From a virus: 38,181 nucleotides of DNA. Position numbers and translations under genes: made by a program. Shown here one piece after another: positions 18,064 through 24,956 of the stretch (the first letter of the stretch is position 1; each line of letters begins with the position of its first letter). The stretch is from UHGV virus genome UHGV-0208715; one strand, written 5' to 3'. The notes below the pieces were generated by a model that had not been told where the DNA came from, did no database searches, and was given only the letters and a program-made list of their open reading frames with translations.

Positions 18064-18506
18064 ATACAGTAAATTTAATCGGCAGATTGGTAAGGGATAA
18101 CGAATTGAAGTACACGAAGTCTGGAAAAGCGGTGGCAACGAATACGCTGGCTTTAGACGATGGATGGGGCGACAACAAGAGATCATATTTTATTCCGCTT
18201 GTCGTGTGGGAGAAGCAAGCTGAATCATTAGCCAACTACACGGGCAAAGGATCAAAAATTGCAGTCAATGGCAAGCTGACTAGCAGAAGTTATGAAACGA
18301 ATGACGGGCAGAAAAGAACGGTTGTCGAGGTTGTAGCGAATCAATACGGCGGAATCGAGTTTTTAGACACCAAAAACAATGGTGGTGGCGTTTCAAACAA
18401 CCAAACGAGTAATAATGCCAACGCACAACAAAATCGCAACAGCGCGCAATTAGACCCATTTGGCAACTCGTCTATTGATATCGATAGTCAAGACCTTCCA
18501 TTTTGA
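18060..18506 (+). CDS. ssb: Single-stranded DNA-binding protein (OB-fold SSB)
   Basis: MNTVNLIGRLVRDNELKYT...VVWEKQAE... followed by a Gly/Asn/Gln-rich linker and the C-terminal DIDSQDLPF tail. Confidence 0.85.
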   Translation: MNTVNLIGRLVRDNELKYTKSGKAVATNTLALDDGWGDNKRSYFIPLVVWEKQAESLANYTGKGSKIAVNGKLTSRSYETNDGQKRTVVEVVANQYGGIEFLDTKNNGGGVSNNQTSNNANAQQNRNSAQLDPFGNSSIDIDSQDLPF

Positions 18507-18517
18507 GAGGTGAGCAG

Positions 18518-18679
18518 ATGACACCAACTCAAATACAAATCAGAAACATGTCGGATAAGGACCTAGTATGGAGAAAGAAAGTGATCGACAGCCATGTCGA
18601 GAGATTGCTCAAGCAACAAGAATGGCTAGCTGAAGAAATGGAGCGGAGGAGTAAAGATGAACAAACAAGAATTGATTGA
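18518..18679 (+). CDS. Small protein (53 aa), paralogue of 17352..17516
   Basis: GAGAGGTGAG RBS. The 3' 46 nt is identical to the copy at 17465-17510. Confidence 0.45.
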   Translation: MTPTQIQIRNMSDKDLVWRKKVIDSHVERLLKQQEWLAEEMERRSKDEQTRID

Positions 18680-19220
18680 GAAGTTAACCAGCAATAGAGA
18701 TAAATGTTTTGAAGAAGCTAAAAAGTATGCGGACCTTAGTTGGGATCGACAAATTGTAGACTCTAAAGCATTAGTTTATATGCAAGTTATTAATTGGGTA
18801 GAGCAGCTAGCTGAACAACCAAAAGTTACAGTGCCGCAGTTTTTAGATAAATATATTCAAGAAAACAAAGGTGAATGTGCATCTGACGTTTTTAGCGAAG
18901 AATGGTTGCATGATAGTGCAGATGAATTGGATGATGAAGTTGATAAATGGCTTTATGACAACGACGGAACAGAAAATGACAGAAGATATCTCATTGCAGT
19001 TCAAGCTTTTGTAACAGGTGAGTATGAGGTGGAGAAAGAACCACTATATCAAATTGAACTTCCCGGAACATCATGGGGCGCATATCTAACTAAAGCTGAT
19101 AATGGGGATTTAGTGATATTTCAAAATACTACAAGCGGATCAACATTTACTGAATCAGAAATAAAAGCAATCGATGAAAGATACTGGGCATTCGCAGTGC
19201 CAGTGGAGGAAGTCAAATGA
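18657..19220 (+). CDS. Hypothetical phage protein, paralogue 2 of 17491..18063
   Basis: Same N-terminus MNKQELI and conserved internal blocks. 187 aa. Confidence 0.6.
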   Translation: MNKQELIEKLTSNRDKCFEEAKKYADLSWDRQIVDSKALVYMQVINWVEQLAEQPKVTVPQFLDKYIQENKGECASDVFSEEWLHDSADELDDEVDKWLYDNDGTENDRRYLIAVQAFVTGEYEVEKEPLYQIELPGTSWGAYLTKADNGDLVIFQNTTSGSTFTESEIKAIDERYWAFAVPVEEVK

Positions 19221-19450
19221 AACTAGCAGACACAGTAACAGGAGTGCAAGACGGTAAGTATAGCCCACCGCCACGAGTAGTCAGAAAGCAATCAAAGGTA
19301 AAACCGCTACAAGAATACTGGTGCGTGACGGAACGGCTTAGAACGCCATTTAAAGCGATATGCGTGAAGGTCATGAACAATGCAGCAATCGTGACGTTTG
19401 GCAGCGATCGGACAGTTGTTAGATTGCGAGATATGAAGAGGGTGGAATGA
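19217..19450 (+). CDS. Small hypothetical protein
   Basis: 77-aa ORF translationally coupled to its neighbours. Confidence 0.4.
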   Translation: MKLADTVTGVQDGKYSPPPRVVRKQSKVKPLQEYWCVTERLRTPFKAICVKVMNNAAIVTFGSDRTVVRLRDMKRVE

Positions 19451-19758
19451 TGGCTAACAAAGAAGAGTTATATCGGTTGGAAAAGTTAGTTAATACGCCA
19501 GGTGCTGATGAAGACGAAATCAGAGTTTTGAGAAAAGCTTTGTGGGGAAAGAGTTACGATCGACCAAAGCAGAATAGATACAACTCAACGCCGGTCAGAT
19601 TTACTTTTCCAGATGGTGAAGTCAAAGAATTTAGCACACAGCGTGAAGCCGCAGAGATGTCAGGGCTGAACAAATGGACTTTGGATCGAGCGTGCAGATT
19701 GCAGATACCTTTGAAGAAAGGCAATTTCGCAGGTGCAACGGTCGAGATATTGAGTTAG
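19447..19758 (+). CDS. Small protein with C-terminal HTH-like segment
   Basis: REAAEMSGLNKWTLDRACR resembles an HTH. Confidence 0.4.
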   Translation: MMANKEELYRLEKLVNTPGADEDEIRVLRKALWGKSYDRPKQNRYNSTPVRFTFPDGEVKEFSTQREAAEMSGLNKWTLDRACRLQIPLKKGNFAGATVEILS

Positions 19759-19797
19759 TAGTCGACAGAGATAAACAACTAGAAGGGAAGACTATGA

Positions 19798-20022
19798 ATG
19801 TCAAAAAAGTATAAAGTACTCGGAGAAACAAGAATAATCCAAGGTGAAAATGGCAATGCAAAAGTACAAATTTCGAAAGAGTTAGCGAATGACAAGCCTA
19901 TGCTTGTTACATTTCTCGGCATGAATGTTGAAGTTGTCGCAAATAAATTTAATATGACAGTCGATGATCTTCTGGAGCTGATAAAACAAAATATTGAAGT
20001 GGAGCCAATGCAATTCGATTAG
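19798..20022 (+). CDS. Small hypothetical protein
   Basis: 74-aa ORF. Confidence 0.4.
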   Translation: MSKKYKVLGETRIIQGENGNAKVQISKELANDKPMLVTFLGMNVEVVANKFNMTVDDLLELIKQNIEVEPMQFD

Positions 20023-20055
20023 TCAGCTATCCGACGAAATAGCAGAAAGCGAGGG

Positions 20056-20508
20056 ATGAATGTGAGTGAATTAAAGAAGCTTGAAACAACTGGATACAGT
20101 AGCAAGTTAGATGAAATTGCTAAAAACGATACAGAAGTATTTTTGAAAGTAAAGCTGAGTGGACGAAGAACGTTTGGGGAGTATGAGTTTGAGCCAAAAA
20201 ATGGTTTTGCCGTTCATTTCGGTAATCATATGGATGTTCTAGATCTTGATAAATGTGACGTTTATCAATTAGAACAACCGCAACTAAACGAGAATCAGCA
20301 GATTGTGTTTGAGTGGCTTAAAGGAAATTATGTACAAGGCTATGGTGCCGCTGTTATCAGAACGATCCATTTATTACAGAAAGAAAATACCGTTGATATT
20401 TCAGATAGTAGCTATGTTAGAGGGGCATACAGAGCCCTGAATACAGTAGAAGAAGCTGTTGTCGTTAAAATGTTTGCTGATTGGGCTTTGGAACAGGAGG
20501 CAGAGTGA
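20056..20508 (+). CDS. Hypothetical protein
   Basis: 150-aa ORF with an AGCGAGGGATG RBS. Confidence 0.45.
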   Translation: MNVSELKKLETTGYSSKLDEIAKNDTEVFLKVKLSGRRTFGEYEFEPKNGFAVHFGNHMDVLDLDKCDVYQLEQPQLNENQQIVFEWLKGNYVQGYGAAVIRTIHLLQKENTVDISDSSYVRGAYRALNTVEEAVVVKMFADWALEQEAE

Positions 20509-20699
20509 TGGCATGGATTGTGATTGATTCTAAAAATAATGATTTGTTTTTGACTTATTACAAATTCGAAGCGTGTGCGAAACCACAAGTTGAATTTGAG
20601 CATCGGATGTTTTGTAGATCAGCGGTAAAATTTGAAGATAAAAGTGTAGCACAAGCGGTTGCCAATTTATCAGGTGGGAATATTAAGAGAGTTGAATAA
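20508..20699 (+). CDS. Small hypothetical protein (start revised to the ATG at 20508, GGAGG RBS)
   Basis: ATGA overlap with the upstream gene. Confidence 0.4.
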   Translation: MAWIVIDSKNNDLFLTYYKFEACAKPQVEFEHRMFCRSAVKFEDKSVAQAVANLSGGNIKRVE

Positions 20700-20737
20700 T
20701 TCCGCAATCGTCAGCGATAAATGAATGGAGGAATAAG

Positions 20738-21067
20738 ATGTTCGGATTATTCAAGAAAAAAATTGAGTACGTTGAAGTCGGAAGAAATAATTTTGATGCA
20801 TATAACAAGGCCATATTAGGAGGAAACTTACGCATAACATTAGGATATTGCCGCTTATACGAGTATTCAGGGCTAGTGATAACCATTTACGTACTCATCA
20901 ATACCTCACACGAAGAGACCGCTAATTTTTGGCGGAAAAGTCTGGAAAGTCAAGGGCTGGAACAGTGCGATAACAAAAATTGTTTCAAAAAAGTTATGCA
21001 TTTAAAAGAATTTGATGAATTCGTTACTGAAACATTTAATGAACAGGAGGAAGTCAATGAAAACTAG
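20738..21067 (+). CDS. Hypothetical protein
   Basis: 109-aa ORF with a GGAGGAA RBS. Confidence 0.45.
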   Translation: MFGLFKKKIEYVEVGRNNFDAYNKAILGGNLRITLGYCRLYEYSGLVITIYVLINTSHEETANFWRKSLESQGLEQCDNKNCFKKVMHLKEFDEFVTETFNEQEEVNEN

Positions 21068-21245
21068 CCACTCAATCATCATAATGCTGTTAACGATCAC
21101 TGGCTTGAGTTGGCTATCCTATACAATTGTGGATCAACAGAAGCAGATTGAGCAGTTGCAAGAACAACTGCAGCATGAGCAGATGAAGTACAAGATTATT
21201 ATCAACGATCCGTTAGTCAGGGATGCGATGGAAGCGGGAGGATGA
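21057..21245 (+). CDS. Small membrane protein (one TM) with coiled-coil tail
   Basis: AGGAGGAAG RBS. IIIMLLTITGLSWLSYTIV TM segment. Confidence 0.4.
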   Translation: MKTSHSIIIMLLTITGLSWLSYTIVDQQKQIEQLQEQLQHEQMKYKIIINDPLVRDAMEAGG

Positions 21246-21542
21246 ATGATGGACTTTGCAGTAGCATTTTTTCTCGCAGCCGTAGCGACAGTGGTTGCAA
21301 GCGTGATTTTTGGTAAGGAAGACAATAAGGAGGGGAATAAAATGAAAGACAGACATTTTATTTGTATCGATAGTTTTGAAAGCGAAGGGCGCTATTGCTT
21401 GGTTGGCGAAGTATATACCGCATATAAGATAGATGGTGGTTATAAATTGGTGTTTGAGAATGGAGAAATGAATTTTACGGATAACTTATTTGAACGAACC
21501 CTGAAAGCTTGGGAAGGCGTTCTGGTCGAGGAGGGCAAGTGA
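21246..21542 (+). CDS. Small protein with N-terminal hydrophobic helix
   Basis: 98-aa ORF. Confidence 0.4.
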   Translation: MMDFAVAFFLAAVATVVASVIFGKEDNKEGNKMKDRHFICIDSFESEGRYCLVGEVYTAYKIDGGYKLVFENGEMNFTDNLFERTLKAWEGVLVEEGK

Positions 21543-21956
21543 TTGAGTAAGAATGATTCATTAATCAATGAGCTAGATAGAAAGTTTGCTAACTACCATG
21601 CATATAACAAAGAGATTGCTATTCGAAAAGAGGAGCTGAAACTTCGAGAAGTCGATGAAAATATTGGTGGCGGTCGAAGTAATATCATGAGCAATCCGAT
21701 TGAGTCACAGGTAATCAAGGAAATGTCTGATCCGTACATTATGAATCGAGAACTGTGGAAAAAGGCAGTCAAACAAACTCTGAGCGATCAAAGTGCAGAG
21801 ATAAGACAGTTGATAGAAACTAAGTACTGGGGAGAGGACAGTTGGATGGATTGGGTAAGTTTCGGCAAGAAGCATGGATATGCGAGAACACCAATCTATC
21901 GTATTAGACAAAAAGTTTTACTCGACTTTGGCAGAAAGATAGGCGAAATCAATTAA
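21543..21956 (+). CDS. ArpU/RinA-like late-gene transcriptional activator (sigma-70 region-4-like), TTG start
   Basis: 137 aa, with size and position typical of ArpU-family regulators of Gram-positive phages. The C-terminal region (WMDWVSFGKKHGYARTPIYRIRQKVL) carries the HTH. Confidence 0.55.
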   Translation: MSKNDSLINELDRKFANYHAYNKEIAIRKEELKLREVDENIGGGRSNIMSNPIESQVIKEMSDPYIMNRELWKKAVKQTLSDQSAEIRQLIETKYWGEDSWMDWVSFGKKHGYARTPIYRIRQKVLLDFGRKIGEIN

Positions 21957-22762
21957 TTTGGGAAAGAAACGTGTAGTTTTCCCTGTGTCAAGAGGGGTAA
22001 AATAGTATTATCAGATATCGCCCACAAGCACAACGGCATTCAACCTCCTTTTGATACGTAAAAATTATTCTGCGGGCGATAGTCACTGTGGCGGAAAGGG
22101 TAAACGCTAAGTCCTAGTTGGGAAGGCAAGTGCACTTGCTAAGGAGTGAAACTCAACATGCAAGGTTCGATTCCTTGCCAGTGACGTAGGCAAAAGCCTC
22201 CTGATTGCAAGGGGTAAGTGCAAGTAGCCTAAAATGCATGCGGAGGGTCGCTCCCTCAAGACACAAGATAAGACACAAGATAAGAACGGACGGAAGAGGC
22301 ATCTTCAGTTGGTGTGGTCGAAAGGTGACGGTTCATAGAGGCTGACGGTTCGACACCGTCCTCACCAATTAACATTAAGTTGGACTTGCTAGGAACACGG
22401 CAAGTTGCCTTACGCAGGCTTTGTGAGCGGTCTGTGATGAAGGAAGGGATTCGCAGTTAAATGAGTAAGCCAAGGTCAGGGGCGATATTCTGATCCGTTG
22501 TTCGGTTTCTCGCTGCCTTAATGCGAATAGACAAAGAAGCAACCGAGGATTGTGGCATAGTGGGATATGGTGGCTCGAGATTGCGAGCGTGTAGGTTGCT
22601 TTTTTTCAGATGTTAACTGCCTAGTTGCAGTTCTAATTGGTTAGATAGGACTCGGCATTGCTGTTCGGTGAAACTCCGTGATTGGTTCTCGCATAGGATC
22701 GGAAACGTCCCTGCCTATGCAGCATACATATCGAAGTCACTCATTGCGAGTGGCTTTTTATT
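21957..22762 (+). ncRNA. Large (about 0.8 kb) ORF-free structured RNA candidate, ROOL/GOLLD-class ornate phage ncRNA, ending in an intrinsic terminator
   Basis: No ORF of 60 aa or more in any frame across about 800 nt of an otherwise about 93% coding genome. GC content is clearly higher than the flanks. Numerous perfect hairpins (GCAAGTGCACTTGC; GGTGACGG..GACACCGTCCTCACC). A T-loop-like GGTTCGATTCC motif. Terminator at 22736-22764. Confidence 0.55.
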
Positions 22763-22764
22763 TT
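22736..22764 (+). terminator. Rho-independent terminator closing the ORF-free structured region
   Basis: TCACTC-attgc-GAGTGG stem-loop followed by CTTTTTATTTT. Confidence 0.55.
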
Positions 22765-23974
22765 GCAGAAAAGCGAGGTGGCAGACATAAACTGGACGGA
22801 ACAAGAAATTGATAGGCTCAAAGAATTAATCAATGAAGGTTATACCAATAAAGAAATAGCATTCATATTGTCAAACGAGTACGGAAGAGAGTTTACCAAG
22901 ATTAGTGTAAAAAGCAAACGTCAACGATTGAACAAAGTAACGCCACCTCGCACCGTAGATGGTCAATCAATCAACGAAAACAAACGATATAACATTGATG
23001 GCACTATCTCCCAAGCTGAATTCGATGTGAAGATGGCTTTCTACCAGAAGGACAGTAAAACGCCAGAAGATATCCTTAAGTACAAAGGCTATGATCCACA
23101 AGAGTGGGAAATATCTCAAGTGACCACTAATGAGTGGACGACCACTACAGCGGATGTCCAGAAATGGAATCAGCAGTTGAAGTTTGTGGTGAAGCCAAAG
23201 CACAAGGCATTTAACGCATCTGCCTTCACTGAATCAATCGAACCAGTAAAACTAACCGCAATCAAGACTGGTGATAGAAACTTATTCATCGGTTTGGCTG
23301 ATTGGCATTTTGGCATCACTAAGCTAGAGGATTTACAAGATAAGCTAGCAAGAATGATTGAAGTTATTTCAAAAGGCTATAAGCAGATTGTTATTGGCCA
23401 GCTAGGAGATTTATTCCATAGCAGCCAAATTAAGAAGTCGGTCACGATGGCTGGCACACAGTTAGACGATGTGGATATGGAGCAAGCGATTAAAGACGCT
23501 CGCTCCTTTTTTGACGTGTTGATTACTGAGTGTGTGAGACATTCGAAGCAAGTGACTGTGGAACACGCTGAAGGGAACCATAGTGGATCGATCGAGTACA
23601 TGTTTCTCTTATACCTAGAAGCCAAGTATCCAGACATCCGAGTGCACGCACACAACAAATACCGACAAGCGTTCATGTTGGATAACGTGGCGATCATGAT
23701 TACTCACGGGCAGTATGGCAAGCGGAAGGATTTGCCGATGTTGTTCGCTACAGAGTTCAGCGATATATGGAGTAAGGCAACTACAAGGGAGATAATCACA
23801 GGACATTTCCACACGCAACAGACGAACGACTATCAAGGTGTGATTCATCGTCAGCTAGGAACCATTAAGCCGAATGACAGCTATGAGATCGAGAACGGTT
23901 GGACGATGGGTAAGAAGGTGCTGCAGTTGTTTGAATATGATAGCGAAAGGCTGAGGGTGACTTATGACATCTAA
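22763..23974 (+). CDS. HTH (sigma-region-4/terminase-small-like) fused to calcineurin-like metallophosphoesterase; start uncertain
   Basis: N-terminal WTEQEIDRLKELINEGYTNKEIAFIL. Phosphoesterase motifs GDLFHS (GDxxH), EGNHSG (GNH[DE]) and GHFHTQ (GH.H). No ATG start; TTG at 22763 or GTG at 22778. Confidence 0.55.
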   Translation: MQKSEVADINWTEQEIDRLKELINEGYTNKEIAFILSNEYGREFTKISVKSKRQRLNKVTPPRTVDGQSINENKRYNIDGTISQAEFDVKMAFYQKDSKTPEDILKYKGYDPQEWEISQVTTNEWTTTTADVQKWNQQLKFVVKPKHKAFNASAFTESIEPVKLTAIKTGDRNLFIGLADWHFGITKLEDLQDKLARMIEVISKGYKQIVIGQLGDLFHSSQIKKSVTMAGTQLDDVDMEQAIKDARSFFDVLITECVRHSKQVTVEHAEGNHSGSIEYMFLLYLEAKYPDIRVHAHNKYRQAFMLDNVAIMITHGQYGKRKDLPMLFATEFSDIWSKATTREIITGHFHTQQTNDYQGVIHRQLGTIKPNDSYEIENGWTMGKKVLQLFEYDSERLRVTYDI

Positions 23975-24191
23975 GCCGAGATATTACTATTACATTCAGC
24001 TGTCAGTTGGAATACTAAGGCATAAGAACATCCGACAAGCGGAGTTGAAACCAAAGCATACGTTGCTTGAATGCTATCAGCAGTTGAATGACGAGTATAT
24101 CGATCGGCATAGGTTGATATACATTGGGCATGGTTGGAAGAGTGATCCGCATATTGTGGAGAGATTGAGGAGGTATGGATGTGGTACCTAG
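23964..24191 (+). CDS. Small hypothetical protein
   Basis: 75-aa ORF between the phosphoesterase and HNH genes. Uncertain. Confidence 0.3.
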   Translation: MTSKPRYYYYIQLSVGILRHKNIRQAELKPKHTLLECYQQLNDEYIDRHRLIYIGHGWKSDPHIVERLRRYGCGT

Positions 24192-24507
24192 ACATATATC
24201 ACAACCATTCTATAAGTCTAAGGCATGGCGTAACTGTAGAGCAGGCTATATCAAATCAGTTGGTGGATTGTGTGAGAGATGTATAAAGAAGAACAAGATC
24301 GTCAAAGGATATATAGTCCATCATAAGCAACACCTAACAGAGGAGACTATACATGATCCAGATGTATCACTGGCATGGAGTAACTTAGAATACTTATGCC
24401 TTGATTGTCATAACAAAGAACATTTCGAAAAAGAAAAAATAATTAATGATGATGTAATGTTCGATGGCAACGGCAACCTTATCCCCCGTTCGAATCGAAA
24501 AAAATAA
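24175..24507 (+). CDS. HNH endonuclease (packaging-associated)
   Basis: CxxC...HH...CxxCH motif set (CERCIKKN...VHHKQH...CLDCHNKEH), immediately upstream of terS. Confidence 0.8.
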   Translation: MDVVPRHISQPFYKSKAWRNCRAGYIKSVGGLCERCIKKNKIVKGYIVHHKQHLTEETIHDPDVSLAWSNLEYLCLDCHNKEHFEKEKIINDDVMFDGNGNLIPRSNRKK

Positions 24508-24592
24508 ATCGATTAGGAATCGGGGATGGAACTCCGAAAAACACACAGGGTAATTTCATATAACCCCCACCCCAAAAGAAAGGAGGATTTAG

Positions 24593-24955
24593 ATGGACGA
24601 TAAGAAAAGGAAGCGCCTAGTAACGAACGAGATAAAGCGACTAACGGATATCTTTAAGGAAGTTGATAATAAGAAGCAGCGGACAGTCAAGGGTTTGATT
24701 GAAGAATCGGCATTTATGAAGACTACGCTGCTTGAATTAAAAGAAATCATTCAAAATGAAGGCGTAATTAACGAAATGCCGCAAGGTGAGTACTCAATCA
24801 TGCGTGAACACCCTGCTTTGAAGTCATACAACACAACTATACAACGATATACGACAGTTACTGAGAAACTTCTTGGCTTGTTGCCTAAGGATGCTCCTAG
24901 AAATGACGATGGTTTATCTGAATTCAGCGCCTTTCTAAGTGAGAGGGCGGATTGA
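24593..24955 (+). CDS. terS: Terminase small subunit (P27-family-like)
   Basis: 120 aa with a basic N-terminus, directly upstream of and overlapping terL. Confidence 0.7.
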   Translation: MDDKKRKRLVTNEIKRLTDIFKEVDNKKQRTVKGLIEESAFMKTTLLELKEIIQNEGVINEMPQGEYSIMREHPALKSYNTTIQRYTTVTEKLLGLLPKDAPRNDDGLSEFSAFLSERAD

Positions 24956-24956
24956 T

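Noticed and set aside
22050-22200. Possible tRNA gene inside the ORF-free region (T-arm GGTTCGATTCC)
   Set aside because: No acceptable cloverleaf. The best acceptor pairing spans about 104 nt and the candidate anticodon hairpin has a 4-nt loop. Treated as a T-loop motif within a larger structured RNA.
21957-22762. Group I/II intron or homing-endonuclease-free intron
   Set aside because: The flanking ORFs are intact and not split, and no intron-interrupted gene is evident.
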